Assembly: GCA_963830745.1 (NCBI GenBank) | Contig: CAWHNL010000017.1 | Span: forward strand, 115,764 to 179,763 | Direction of reading: 5' to 3' | Source of the DNA: an uncultured Gammaproteobacteria bacterium | GTDB lineage: Bacteria; Pseudomonadota; Gammaproteobacteria; Steroidobacterales; Steroidobacteraceae | DNA: 64,000 nucleotides | Part shown: one piece after another, positions 11,406-24,009 of the stretch | Layout: every line of letters begins with the position of its first letter | How positions within the stretch are numbered: the first letter of the stretch is position 1 | Made by a program: the position numbers and the translations under genes | The notes under the pieces: model-generated | Told to the model about the DNA's origin: nothing | What the model saw: only the letters and a program-made list of their open reading frames with translations | Database searches by the model: none

Positions 11406-11450
11406 GCGTCGCAAAACGCCTGCGGCGCGGCGTCGGCGGTGTCGCTCGAC

Positions 11451-12550
11451 TCAATATCCCTTGCTGCACGTCCACCACCGACAGCATGCGCTCGCCCGCG
11501 ACATAGCGCCGCAGGTTCTCCTGCACGACCTTGATCTGCGCCTCGTAGCCGAGATCGGAATCGTTGGCGACGTGCGGCGTGATGATGACGTTCGGCGCCT
11601 TCCACAGCGGATGATCCGGCGGCAGCGGCTCGGGATCGGTGACGTCGAGCCCGGCGCCGGCAATCTTCTTGCTGTTGAGCGCCTCGACCAGCGCGGCTGT
11701 GACGACGCTGCGCCCGCGCGCGACGTTGATGAAGTACGCGGTCGGTTTCATCTTCGCGAAGAACGCTGCGTCGAAGATGCCGGTCGTCTGCGGCGTGAGC
11801 GGCGCGGTGTTGACCACGAAGTCCGCTTCGCTCGCGAGCTTCGGCAGCTCGTCGGGCAAGCCGACGTAGCTCACGAACTCCGGCCCGGTGCGGCCGCTGG
11901 CGCGCGTCGCGATGACTTTCATGCCGAGCGCATGCGCGCGCTTCGCCACTTCGCTGCCGATGCCGCCGAGTCCCACGACCAGCATGGTCTTGCCGTCGAC
12001 GACGGCCATGCGGCCCGGCGGCGTGATGCGACGCCATTCGGCGCGCGGCTGCGCGGACACATACAGGTCGATGCCGCGCGTGAACGCCAGCACCATGCCC
12101 ATGACGTGCTCGGCGATGATCGGTCCGCCGATGCGCTGCATGTTCGTGACGAGGATGTCGCGCTCGCGCACCGCCGGGATCGCGACGCAGTTTTCGACGC
12201 CGGCGGTCACCAGCTGGATCCAGCGGATCGACTTGCCGGCGGCAACGACCTCGGGCGTGCAGAAGCCGATCACCACGTCGACGCCGGCAGCCTGCTTGGC
12301 GATGTCGGCCGGATTCGCGACGACGACTCGACGCCGGGCGCGGCGGACTGCAGCGCCTCGGCGACGCCGGGAATGAAGCTGCCGACCAGAATGCGCTTCG
12401 GCTTGCGCCAGCCCGGCCGCTCGCTGACCGGCGTCGCGGCCTGCTCCAGCCCGTAGTGCTCGATGACGCCCGCATGCGCGTCAGCCGCCTCGCGCGCCGC
12501 GCCGCGCCGAGCACGGCCAACATGCGACCAGACACCCAATTCGCTTTCAT
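11451..12550 (-). CDS. D-2-hydroxyacid dehydrogenase family protein with N-terminal extension
   Basis: VGLGGIG Rossmann motif, NVARG, LDVTDPEPLP, ITPHVA catalytic R/E/H residues. Confidence 0.88.
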
Positions 12551-12569
12551 ACGCCCACCTCTTTCTTCT

Positions 12570-15500
12570 TCATACCAATACGCGTTCGATGCCACCGTTG
12601 TTCGCCGCGCGCACGTATTCCGGCAGCCACTGCGCGCCGAGCACGTGGCGCGCGATCTCGACGACGATGTAGTCGGCGTCCAGGTCCGCATCGTCGTTGT
12701 AGCGCTTCAGGCCCTGCATGCACGACGGGCACGAGGTCAGCACCTTCACTTCGCCTTTGAAGCCGTCGGCGCGCAACCGCGCCGCGCCGGCTCGCATCTC
12801 CTGCTCCTTGCGGAAGCGCACCTGCGTCGCGACGTCGGGACGCGTCATCGCGAACGTGCCGGACTCGCCGCAGCAGCGGTCGTTCTTCTCGACGCGGCCG
12901 TTGAGCTTGTCGTTGAGCAGCGCGTTCACGACCTGCAACGGATCGTGACCCTTGATCGGCGAGTGACACGGATCGTGATACATGTAGCGCACGCCGGTCA
13001 CGCCCGCGAGCTGCACGCCGCGCTCCATCAGGTATTCGTGGATGTCGACGATGCGGCAGCCGGGAAAGATCTCGTCGAATTTGTAGCCTTGCAGCTGGTC
13101 GAAGCACGTGCCGCAGCTGACGACCACGGTGCGGATGTCGAGATAGTTGAGCGTGTTCGCGACGCGATGGAACAGCACGCGGTTGTCGGTGATGATTTTC
13201 TCGGCCTTGTCGAACTGGCCGGCGCCGCGCTGCGGGTAGCCGCAGCACAGGTAGCCGGGCGGCAGCACGGCCTGCACACCGACGTGCCACAGCATCGCCT
13301 GCGTCGCGAGGCCGACCTGCGAGAACAGCCGCTCCGAGCCGCAGCCGGGAAAATAGAACACGGCGTCGGAGTCGCTGCTGGTGCGCGCGGGATCGCGGAT
13401 GATCGGCACGTAGTGGCGATCCTCGATGTCGAGCAGCGCGCGCGCCGTCTTCTTCGGCAGGCCGCCCGGCATTTTCTTGTTCACGAAATGCACGACCTGC
13501 TCTTTCAGCGGCGGCTTGCCGGTCGTCGCCGGCGGCCGCGCGGTCTGCGCGCTCGCGAACGGCGCGCAGCATGCGATTGCCGAGCCGCTGCGCTTTGAAG
13601 CCCCATTCGAGCATCACCTTGCGCGCGAGCTTGATCGTCTCGGGGTTGGTGGCATTGAGGAAGACCATCGCGGCGGCGGTGCCGGCGTTGAAGCGCTTCT
13701 TGCCCATCCGCCGCAACAGGTCGCGCATCGCCATCGATACGTCGCCGAAGTCGATGTTCGACCGGGCACGGCTTCTCGCACTTGTGGCACACGGTGCAGT
13801 GATCCGCGACGTCGGAGAACTCGTCGAAGTGGCGGATCGAGACGCCGCGGCGCGTCTGCTCCTCGTACAGGAACGCCTCGATCAGCAACGAAGTCGCGAG
13901 GATCTTGTTGCGCGGCGAGTAGAGCAGATTGGCGCGCGGCACGTGCGTCGCGCAGACCGGCTTGCACTTGCCACAGCGCAGGCAATCCTTGATCGCATCC
14001 GAGATCGAGTTGATGTCGGAGTGCTGCATGATCAGCGACTCGTGCCCCAGCAGGTTGAAGCTGGGCGTGTACGCGTTGCGCAGGTCGCCGTCCGGGCAGG
14101 AGCTTGCCGCGATTGAACCGCCCCTGCGGATCGACGCGCTGCTTGTAGTCGCGGAACTCGGCGGTTTCCGCGTCCGAGAGAAATTCCAGCTTCGTGATGC
14201 CGATGCCGTGCTCGCCGGAGATCACGCCGCCGAGGTCGCGCGCGATCTGCATGATGCGCACCACCGACGCGGTTCGCCTCCTGCAGCATTTCGTAGTCGT
14301 CCGAGTTGACCGGGATGTTCGTGTGCACGTTGCCGTCGCCGGCGTGCATGTGCAGGGCGATCCAGACGCGGCCGCGCAGCACGCGCCGGTGAATCTCCTC
14401 GACGGCTTGCAGCACCGGCGCGAATGCACCGCCGCGCGAACAGCCGCCGCAGGTGCCGCGCACTTCCGACTTCCACGACGTGCGGATCGAGCGGTCCTGC
14501 AGGATGATCGAAGACGCGCGTGCCAGGCTCGCGCTCGACGCGGCGCTCCAGCTCGCCGCGCAAAGGCTCGAAGCCCAGCTGCGCGAGGTGCGGCAGCGCC
14601 TGCGCCAGCGGCGTGTCGAGATGCTCGCTGAGATAGGCCCAGCGAGCGCGAGTCTCCGGCGAGCACCTGCTGCGCCTGGGACTGGCGATCGCCAGCAGCT
14701 CATCGCGCGGACGCGCTCGAGATCCGGATCGTCGACCTTGCCGAGCTGCAGCTCGCCGGCGAAATACGCCTGCAGCTCGTCCAGCAGCTGCAGCTTGTTC
14801 CGGAACGACAGCTCGATGTTGATGCGCTCGATCGCGTCGGTGTAGTCGCCCATGCGCTCGAGCGGGATCACGACGTCCTCGTTGATCTTGAACGCGTTCG
14901 TGTGCCGCGCAATCGCCGCGGTGCGCGAGCGGTCCAGCCAGAACTTCTTGCGCGCGTCCGCGTTGACGGCGACGAAGCCCTCGCCGGAGCGACTGTTGGC
15001 GATGCGCACGACTTCCGAGGTCGCGCGCGCCACCGCGTCCTCGTCGTCGCCGACGATATCGCCGAGCAGCACCATCTTCGGCAGCGCGCCGCGCTTGGAT
15101 TTCGTCGCGTAGCCGACCGCGCGCAGGTAGCGCTCGTCCAGGTGCTCGAGCCCGGCGAGCTGCGTGCCGTCGGCGCGCGCTCGCGCGTCGAGGAAACTCT
15201 TGATCTCGACGATCGACGGAATCGCGTGACGCGCGTGGCCGAAGAACTCCAGGCACACCGTGCGGATGTGCTTCGGCATCCGGTGCAGCACCCAGCGCGC
15301 CGACGTGATCACGCCGTCGCAACCTTCCTTCTGCACGCCGGGCAGGCCGCCGAGGAACTTGTCGGTCACGTCCTTGCCGAGCCCGGCCTTGCGAAACTTG
15401 CGGCCTTCGATCTCGATGCGGGCCGTGCGCAGCACGCGCGCGTCGCTTCGGCGCCTCGCGGCCGTCCTTCCAGGTGAGCTCGAAGGTCGCGACTGCGGCT

Positions 15501-16476
15501 TCGTGGATCTTGCCGCGGTTGTGCGCGAGGCGTGCGACCTCGAGCCAGTTGCCGTCCGGATCGACCATGCGCCACCAGGCGAGGTTGTCGACCGCCGTGC
15601 CCCAGAGCACCGCTTTCTTGCCGCCGGCGTTCATCGCGACGTTGCCGCCGATGCAGGAAGCATCCGCGGAAGTCGGATCGACGGCGAACACCAGGCCCGC
15701 GCGCTCCGCAGCCTCGGACACGCGACGCGTGACCACGCCCGCTTCCGTGAAGATCGTCGCAACCTGCTCGGCCACTCCCGGCGAGCGAGGTCTGCTCGAC
15801 GCGGCCGAGCGCTTCCAGCTTTTCGGTGTTGATCACTGCCGCAGAGCGGCGTGAGCGGAATCGCACCGCCGGTGTAGCCCGTGCCGCCGCCGCGCGGAAT
15901 GACCGTCAGCCCGAGCTCGATGCACGCACGCACCAGCGCCGGAATCTCCTTCTCGCCGTCCGGGGCGAGCACCACGAACGGATAGTCGACGCGCCAGTCG
16001 GTCGCGTCGGTCACGTGCGAGACGCGCGCGAACGCATCGAAGCGGACGTTGTCCGCGCGCGTGTGCCGTTCGAGCAGTCGACGCGCGCGCTTGCGAAGTT
16101 GCACGGTGCGCGTGAAATCCTCGGCGAATTCATGCACGCACTTGCGCGCCGCCTGCAGCAACTCGCCGACCTTGCGGTCGCGCTCGACGTCCGCGGCATC
16201 GCGCCGCCGCTGCACTTCGTTCAGGCGGTGATGCAACGCCTCGATGAGCAGCCGACGACGCCGCGGGTTCTCGATGAGATCGTCCTGCAGGTACGGATTG
16301 CGCTGCACGACCCAGATGTCGCCGAGCACTTCGTACAGCATGCGAGCCGAGCGGCCGGTGCGACGCTCGCCGCGCAGCTCGTCCAGGATGCGCCAGGCCG
16401 CCGCGCCGAGCAGACGCAGGACGATCTCGCGATCGGAAAACGACGTGTAGTTGTAAGGAATCTCGCGCAGACGCAT
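12570..16476 (-). CDS. Large FAD-linked / Fe-S oxidoreductase (DUF3683-FAD_binding_4-FAD_oxidase_C-Fer4-CCG type)
   Basis: [18 protein letters not shown] start, [62 protein letters not shown] motifs; several frameshifts. Confidence 0.9.
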
Positions 16477-16522
16477 GAGGGGCGGAATTGTAGAAGAAGA
16501 GTCGGGTTAATATCCTCGATCC

Positions 16523-17194
16523 ATGAACATCCAGCTCACCGCCCTCGAAGCCCGCGTCATCGGCAGCCTGATCGAAAAGGCGATCACGACGCCGGACCAG
16601 TACCCGCTGTCCTCAACGCGCTGACGAACGCCTGCAACCAGAAGAGCAATCGCGACCCGGTGCTGGAGCTGGACGAGCGCACCGTGCAGGAGACGCTCGA
16701 CGCGCTCGTCAAGAAGCACCTGGTTCTCGAGCGCTCGGGGTTCGGCAGCCGCGTGCCGAAGTATCAGCACCGCTTCTGCAATACCGGCTTCGGCACGCTG
16801 GAGTTCACGCCGCAGGAGACCGCGATCGTGTGCGAGCTGCTGCTGCGCGGACCGCAGACGCCGGGTGAGCTGCGCGGCCGCGCCAGTCGCATGGCGCCGA
16901 TCGCCGAGGTCGGCGAAGTCGAAGCTGCGCTCAACCGCCTGGCAACTCGCGAGGATGGCCCGTTCGTGGTGCGGCTCGCGCGCGAGCCCGGCAGGCGCGA
17001 GTCGCGCTATGCGCACCTGTTCAGCGGCTCCGTCGAGGGCGCGGCGGAGGGCATCGAACAATATGCAGCCGCGGATGCGCCCAGCGCCGCGGCGCCTCGC
17101 GGCGACCGCAAGTCGCTCGAAGAGCGCGTCGCCGCGCTGGAGCAGCAAGTCGCGCAGCTGCAGCGGCGAATTGGAGGGGTTGAAGAAAGGTTAA
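16523..17194 (+). CDS. YceH / DUF480 family protein
   Basis: [47 protein letters not shown]...[13 protein letters not shown]...RYAHLF. Confidence 0.9.
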
Positions 17195-17275
17195 CTCTCT
17201 GTAATCCGAACAACTTTCGCTACCTGTTAGCGTCTCACTCCCCGTCCCCATCAGCTTTCCTTCGGGAGTGTTTCC

Positions 17276-18751
17276 ATGGTGCCGACTTCGCTTCGCGCCG
17301 CCGTGATCGCCGCTGCAATGGCGTCGGCTGCTTGTTCCGGGAATATTGCGACGGCAGGAGCCGCGGCAGCAGACGCGCCGGCGGCAGCCGCACAGGGCAT
17401 CGCCGCCGCGCCCGCCCGCTTCGCCGGCGCGCTGCCGGACTTCGCGGCGCCTCGCCGAGCACTACGGCCCGGCAGTCGTCAACGTCGCGGTCGTCGGCAA
17501 GAGGCAGGAGGTCGACTTCCCCGGCGGCGGCGGCGGCGTGTCGCCCAACGATCCGTTCTATGAATTCTTCCGCCGCTTCGGCCAGCCGATGCCGCGCAAC
17601 CAAGCCGCCGGTGCAGGGCGAAGGCTCGGGCTTCATCGTCAGCGACGACGGCTACATCCTGACCAACGCGCACGTCGTCGCGAACGCGGACGAGGTCACG
17701 GTCAAGACCACCGACCGTCGCGAGTACACCGCGAAGGTCGTGGGCGTCCGACGAGCAGACCGACGTCGCGGTGCTGAAGATCGACGCGAAGAACCTGCCG
17801 ACCGTGCGGCTCGGCGATCCGTCGAAGCTGCGGCCCGGCGAATGGGTCGTCGCGATCGGCTCGCCGTTCGGCTTCGAGAACAGCGTCACCGCGGGCATCG
17901 TCAGCGCGACTTCGCGCGCCATGCCCGGCGGCAACTACACGCCGTTCATCCAGACGGACGTCGCGGTCAATCCCGGCAACTCCGGCGGCCCGCTGTTCAA
18001 CCTGAACGGCGAAGTCGTCGGCATCAACTCGCAGATCTACAGCCGCACCGGCGGCTACATGGGCGTTTCGTTCGCGATCCCGATCGACGTCGCGAGCGGC
18101 GTCAAGGACCAGCTCATCAAGACCGGGCGCGTCGACGCGCAGCCGCATCGGCGTCTCGATTCAGGACGTGACGGCGCAGCTCGCCGAGTCGTTCGGCCTC
18201 GACCGCCCGCGCGGCGCGCTGGTCGGCATGGTCGAAGCGGACAGCCCCGGCGAGAAGGGCGGCATCAAGGCCGGCGACGTGATCCTCAAGGTCGACGGCA
18301 CGACGATCGAGACCTCCTCGCAGGTGCCGGTGATCGATCGCGGGCAAGAAGCCCGGCGCGCCGGTCGAGATCGAAGTGTGGCGCAACGGCTGCGACCAAG
18401 GACCTGTCGGTGCGCCCGGTGGAGATCCAGGAGAAGAGGCGAGCGCGTCGCGTCGCAACGACGCGCAGCAGGGCGACGAAACCGCGCGGCTCGGTCTCGC
18501 GGTGCGCCCGCTGACCGCAGCAGGAGAAGCGTCAGGCGGAAACCGACGGCGACCTGCTGGTCGAGGACGTCGATGGCCCGGCGGCCGGCGCGGGCGTGCG
18601 GCCGGGCGACATCATCCTCGGCGTCAACGGCGCGAAGGTGAAGTCGATGGACGAGCTGCGGGCCGCGGCGAAGAAGCGCAACGGCAAAGTGGTCGCGCTG
18701 TTGATCGAGCGCGATAATGCGCAGATCTTCGTGCCGGTGCGAGTTGGATGA
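17276..18751 (+). CDS. DegP/DegQ (HtrA, Do family) periplasmic serine protease with two PDZ domains
   Basis: [41 protein letters not shown] catalytic triad; [12 protein letters not shown] and GDIILGVNG. Confidence 0.92.
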
Positions 18752-18786
18752 TCGTGGTGGTTGATTTGGGGCTGACTCGGGGTTGA

Positions 18787-19459
18787 ATGCGCCTGCTGCT
18801 GATCGAAGACGACCTGCAAGCCGCCGAGTATCTCGTCAAGGGATTGCGCGAGAGCGGCTACAGCGTCGAGCACAGCCCGGACGGCCGCGACGGCCTGGAG
18901 AAGGCCGGTCGCGGTCCGTACGACGTGATCATCGCGGATCGCCAGCTGCCGTATCTCGACGGCTTGACCGATCATCACGACCCTGCGCGAGCGCAGCGAT
19001 CGCACGCCGGTGCTGATCCTGTCGGCGCTCGGCACGGTCGATGACCGCGTGCACGGCCTGAAGGCCGGCGGCGACGACTATCTGACCAAGCCTTTCGCGT
19101 TCGCCGAGCTGCTCGCGCGCATCGAAGCGCTGAACAGACGCGGCGCGGCGGCGAGCGAGACGACGCGGCTGAAGATCGCCGACCTCGAGCTCGACCTGCT
19201 GGCGCGTCGCGTCACCCGCGCCGGGCGCAACATCGAGCTGACCACGAAGGAATTCCAGCTGCTCGAATACCTGGTGCGCCACGCCGGCCAGACGGTGACG
19301 CGCACCATGCTGCTGGAAGGCGTGTGGAACCTGCATTTCGATCCGCAGACCAACATCACGGACGTGCACATGAGCCGGCTGCGCAACGCCATCGACAAGG
19401 GCTTTCCCAAGCCGCTCATTCACACGGTGCGGGGCGCGGGTTATGTTCTGAAGGAATGA
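18787..19459 (+). CDS. OmpR-family response regulator (CusR/QseB-like)
   Basis: MRLLLIEDD, GGDDYLTKPFAFAELLAR, DVHMSRLR, HTVRGAGY; one frameshift. Confidence 0.92.
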
Positions 19460-19481
19460 TACGCAGGACAGCCCTCCGCTC

Positions 19482-20864
19482 ATGACTGCGCCGCCGCGCA
19501 TGCGGCTGTCCTCGGCGCGTCTCGCCGCGCTGTTCGTCGTGATCTTCGCCGCGGCCATCACGCTGGTGCTGACCGCGGTCTACGTCCTCACCGCGCGCGT
19601 GCTCGATCGCGAAGTCGACTCCGTGATCCGCAGCGAGGTCGCGCATCTCGTCGACGACTATGCGACCGGCGGCCTGCTGCAGCTGGTTGCGACCCTGCGC
19701 CGTCGCGCCGACAGCTGGGACCGCACCGGCGCGGTCTACCTGCTGATCGAGCCGAACGGCTATCCGATCGCGGGCAACCTCGCGCACTGGCCGTTCGACT
19801 TCGACACCTACGGCAACTGGATCGAATTCGAGATCGACGCGAGCGAGGCCGGCGGTGTGGTCTCGCATCCGGTGCGCGCGCAGGTGTTCCTGCTGCCCGG
19901 CGGGCGTCGGCTGCTCGTCGGCACCGACATTCTCGAACGTCACAAGCTGGCGTCGCGGCTGCGCACCGCGATGTTCTGGGGCGCGGGCTCGAGCGTGCTG
20001 CTCGCGACGGTCTTCGGCTTGAGCTACAGCCGGCGCATCCGTCGCCGCGTCCGCGCGTTCGCGAGCACCTGCGAGTCGATCATGGCCGGCGACCTGTCGC
20101 GACGCCTGCCCGTGGAAAAGTCGCACGACGAGTTCGACGAGCTCGGCACGGCCGTCAATCGCATGCTCGAAACGCATCGAGCTGCAGACCGACATGCTGC
20201 GCACGACGTTCGACAGCGCCGCGCACGACCTGCGCGGTCCTCTGTATCGCGCGCGAGTGCGCATCGAAGAGTCGCTGCAGCACGAAGGCCTGAGCGAGGA
20301 CGCACGCGCGACGATGGAAGCGACGCTCGCCGAGCTCGAACGCGTGCAGCGAACGCTCGGCACGCTGCTGCAGATCGCGCAGGCCGAGGGCCGCGGCCGC
20401 GACGTTCCGACCGAGGCAGTGGATCTCGCCGCGCTGGCGCGCGAGCTGGTCGAGCTGTATCGGCCGGAAGCGGCGACGCGCGAGATCACGCTCGAATACC
20501 GCGGCGCCGAGGCGGCGAGCGACTCACGGCAACAGCCAGCTGCTCGCGCAAGTGCTCGTGAACCTGATCGAGAACGCCATCAAATATGTGTCGCCCGGCG
20601 GACGCATCGACGTGAGCGTCGCGGCCGAGCCGGATGCGATCGTGCTGCAGGTCGCAGACAACGGCCCCGGCATCCCGGCCGCAGACCGGCAGCGCATCCT
20701 GCAGCCGTTCGTGCGGCTGGAACGCGATCGCGAGCAAGTCGGCAGCGGACTCGGCCTGAGCCTGGTCGCGGCAGTCGTGCGGCTGCATCGCGGCAGCATC
20801 GAGCTGCTCGACAACGATCCGGGATTGATCGTGCGGTGTCAGGTTGCCGAAAGAGTCGGGCTGA
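19482..20864 (+). CDS. Sensor histidine kinase (2 TM, HAMP)
   Basis: DEFDELG HAMP, AHDLRGPL H-box, NLIENAIKY, DNGPG, GSGLGLSLV; frameshifts. Confidence 0.9.
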
Positions 20865-20876
20865 AGCCCGACCTAC
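20855..20876. repeat. REP-like palindrome (GTAG family)
   Basis: GTCGGGCT-GA-AGCCCGAC-CTAC, i.e. the reverse complement of GTAG-GTCGGGCTTCAGCCCGAC, at the junction of convergent genes. Confidence 0.65.
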
Positions 20877-21673
20877 CGGGACTCGACCTTCACCCAGATC
20901 TCGCGCTCGTCGCTCTGCGTCGAATACTGGCGGCTGAGAATGCCGCGCTGCTGCGTCGACGCGGATTCGCTCGACGCCGCCGAGCCGAATCCATTCGCCG
21001 AGCGGACCGCTCGCCTGCGTCGTGAGCCGCTGCGTCTGGATGTTGCCGTTCGCGACCCGCTCATCCTGTTGTTCGATGTCGAGCACGACCTGCGTTCCGT
21101 TCACGCGCGGCGTGACGAGGAAACCGCTGCTCACGTTTCGATAGCTGGTCGTCGCGGCGGCAAATGGACGACGTCCCACACCCGCTGCGACTGAGGTGAC
21201 GATCGGAACGTCGCTGCCGCTGCTGATGAACGCCGAGTTGCCTTCGATGACTTGAACGCTCGCGATACCGCTGCTGCGATCGCGCAGCATTCGAGTCCGT
21301 CGCCTGAACCGACACGTTGGAGCCGCGATTGCTCACTGTGCCGCTCACTCGAGCGCGCTCGAGTTGCGACTTCCTGCTCCGTGCTCCGTCGCACGGAGAC
21401 CAGCAGCTGGTTCGGCTTGCGATCGATCTGTTCGAGCGCGGCGCGCAGCTGCCGCAGGTTCGCCGGGCTGGCCCGCACGAACAGCTTGTAGTCCTGGCCG
21501 GTCAGCGCCCCGCCCTGCTCCACGAGCGGCTGCAGCACCGGGATGACTTCCGCCGCCGTCCGGTACTTCAGGTCGATGACCTCCAGGGACTGCGCCAGGA
21601 CGGGGCAGGCGATCAGGCAAATGCTGATCAGGACCCCGGCCAATCGCTGGAGGATTCCGCTCGGCAGACTCAT
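20873..21673 (-). CDS. Secretin N-terminal (NolW-like) domain protein, short secretin-like
   Basis: Signal peptide then LEVIDLKYRTAAEVIPVLQPL...LFVRASPANLRQLRAALEQIDRKPNQLLVSVR; C-terminal GFLVTPRVNG...GPLGEWIRLGG. Confidence 0.75.
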
Positions 21674-21728
21674 GGCGTCGATTGTGCCTCAACTTCCGGC
21701 TCACCGGTGCCGAAGCAGCTTTCAAGCT

Positions 21729-22583
21729 ATGAATCTGATCATCGGCATCGTCGTGGTTTTCGGTTGCGTTCTGGGGGGGTTCGCCGTGCACGGCGGCCAC
21801 CTGGGAGCCCTGTGGCAGCCGTCCGAGCTGCTGATCATCGGCGGCGCCGGCGCCGGCGCGCTGATCATCGCCAACCCGATGCGCATCACCAAGCGCGTGG
21901 CGGCCGGGTTCGGCACGCTGCTGAAAGGCTCGCGCTACAAGAAGGAGCACTACCTCGGCTTGTTCGCCGTGATGTACGAGCTGCTGTCGCTGGCGCGCAA
22001 GGAAGGCATGATGGGGCTCGAGCGCGTCATCGAGGAGCCCGCCAAGAGCGAGGTGTTCAAGAAGCGGCCGCTGATCCTCAACGACCATCACGTGGTCGAG
22101 TTCATCCAGGACTACCTGCGGCTGATCATCAGCGGCGACATGGACGAGCACCAGCTCGAAGCGCTGATGGACCAGGAGATCGAAACGCATCACCACGACG
22201 GCGAGGAGCCGGCGCAGGCGATGAGCAAGCTCTCCGATGCGATGCCCGGCTTCGGCATCGTCGCCGCGGTGCTCGGCATCGTGAACACGATGGGCGCGCT
22301 CGGCGGTCCGCCGTCGGAGATCGGCCACAAGGTCGCCGCCGCGCTGGTCGGCACGTTCCTCGGCATCCTGCTCGCGTACGGCCTGCTCGGCCCGATGAGC
22401 AACGCGCTCGAGCGCATGGCGCGCGACGAGACGCATTTCTACACGACCATCAAGACCTGCATCATGGGCTTCCTGCGCGGCCAGCCGCCGCAGGTCGCGA
22501 TCGAGTTCGGCCGCAAGTCGACGCCGGGCCCGCTGCGGCCGAGCTTCAAGGATCTCGAAGCGCAGCTGCGCAAGAAGGGCTGA
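21729..22583 (+). CDS. motA: Flagellar motor stator protein MotA
   Basis: LWQPSELLIIGGA, ARKEGMMGLE, PGFGIVAAVLG, AALVGTFLGILLAYG, EFGRK. Confidence 0.95.
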   Translation: MNLIIGIVVVFGCVLGGFAVHGGHLGALWQPSELLIIGGAGAGALIIANPMRITKRVAAGFGTLLKGSRYKKEHYLGLFAVMYELLSLARKEGMMGLERVIEEPAKSEVFKKRPLILNDHHVVEFIQDYLRLIISGDMDEHQLEALMDQEIETHHHDGEEPAQAMSKLSDAMPGFGIVAAVLGIVNTMGALGGPPSEIGHKVAAALVGTFLGILLAYGLLGPMSNALERMARDETHFYTTIKTCIMGFLRGQPPQVAIEFGRKSTPGPLRPSFKDLEAQLRKKG

Positions 22584-22588
22584 CGCAA

Positions 22589-23604
22589 GTGGGCCGCGCC
22601 GCTGCCAAACACGCTCGAGGCCGAAGCGGCCCGGCCGATCATCATCAAGCGCGTCAAGAAGGGCGGCCACGCGCACCACGGCGGCTCGTGGAAAGTGGCG
22701 TTCGCCGACTTCGCGACCGCGATGATGGCGTTCTTCCTGCTGATGTGGCTGATGGAAGCGACCACCGAAGAGCAGAAGGGCGCGATCTCCGAGTACTTCA
22801 ACAACCCTTCCGACGTGCAGGGCGCAAGCCCCGTGCCCTCGCCCTCGCCGATCCAGGGTCCGGGCGGCGCGAGCACCAGCATGATCAAGCTCGGCGGCGG
22901 CATGGAGCTGCATCATGACCCGGCGCCGCCCGCGCCGATCGCGCCGCCGACGCCCGGCACGCAGACCGCGACGCGCGCGGACGACGACGGCGCGCAGAGA
23001 CGAGAGAAGCTCGACAACGAGCGGCTCGCCGGCCTGCTCGAAGAGCTGCGCAAGGGCATCGACGAGCGCGAGTCGCTCGCGAAGTTCAAGGACCAGATCC
23101 TGCTCGACGTGACGCCGGAGGGCGTGCGCATCCAGATCATCGATCACGAGCGCCGCTCGATGTTCCCGCTCGGCAGCGCGCGGCTCGAAGACTTCAGCAG
23201 CGACATTCTCAGGGAGCTCGCGCACATCGTCAGCAGCGTGCCGAACCGCATCAGCATCAGCGGCCACACGGACATGAAGCCGTACGTCGCAGTGAACTAC
23301 ACGAACTGGGAGCTCTCGGCCGATCGCGCCAACGCCGCGCGACGCGCGTTGCTCGCGGGCGGACTCGCCGCGGAGAAGATCGGCCGCGTGGTCGGCCTCG
23401 CGTCGAGCGTGCTGCTCGATCCGTCGGCGCCGGAGAGCCCGGTCAACCGCCGCATCAGCATCGTGGTGATGAACAAGCGCACCGAGGCCGCGATCAGCGC
23501 GGAGAACGGCAATCTGCTGATGGTGCAGGAAGCGGGACCGGCGCCCGCGCCCGGCGGCGAGCCGGTCGCCGCAGCAGGCGAGCGCCGAGTCGACTTCAGC
23601 CTGA
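22589..23604 (+). CDS. motB: Flagellar motor stator protein MotB
   Basis: PIIIKRVKKGGHAHHGGSWKVAFADFATAMMAFF (conserved Asp); GHTD, NWELSADRANAARR, NRRISIVV; ends frameshifted. Confidence 0.93.
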
Positions 23605-23608
23605 CTCC

Positions 23609-24009
23609 TCAGGGAAGCTGGATTTTCGCCGCCGCGGCCGCCCGGACCGCCCGGGCCGAGGTTCGGCATGCCGCCCTGGGGCACGACCAGCTGCGAGGCC
23701 GCCTGCCGCCGCATCTCCTGGATCTGCTGCACGGTGCGCTCGATCGCAACCGTTGCTGCAGCGGAAAAGCCCGCGACCGCCTCGGCCAGCGTCTTGCCCT
23801 CGATCTCGAAGCTCAGCGGCACCGGCCCCATGTTGGTCATGATCTCCGCCTGGCCGATGAACACGCACCGGCCGCGTCGTGTCCGGTGCGCCGTCGGCGG
23901 TGACGGGCGTCAGCCGGCGAATCGCGCCGACCTTGCGGTCCGTGAACATTTCCTCGCGGTAGAGTCCCGCCGCATCCATCTGCGGGTCCTGATTACGTTC
24001 ATCGGCCAT
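23609..24009 (-). CDS. Hypothetical cytoplasmic protein
   Basis: MDAAGLYREEMFTDRKVGAIRRLTPV...FIGQAEIMTNMGPVPLSFEIEGKTLAEAV...GGKIQLP reconstructed across frameshifts. Confidence 0.75.

Noticed and set aside
21729-23604. motAB as a Zorya (ZorAB) anti-phage system
   Set aside because: MotA is normal length without the long ZorA tail, MotB has the flagellar HGGSWKVAFADF motif, and no zorC/D/E genes are present.
21345-23864. Long antisense ORFs (e.g. 839 aa here, 35686-38103, 58803-60095, 61356-63017)
   Set aside because: Shadow or off-frame ORFs expected at high GC; they overlap well-supported genes and have Arg/Ala-rich non-protein-like composition.
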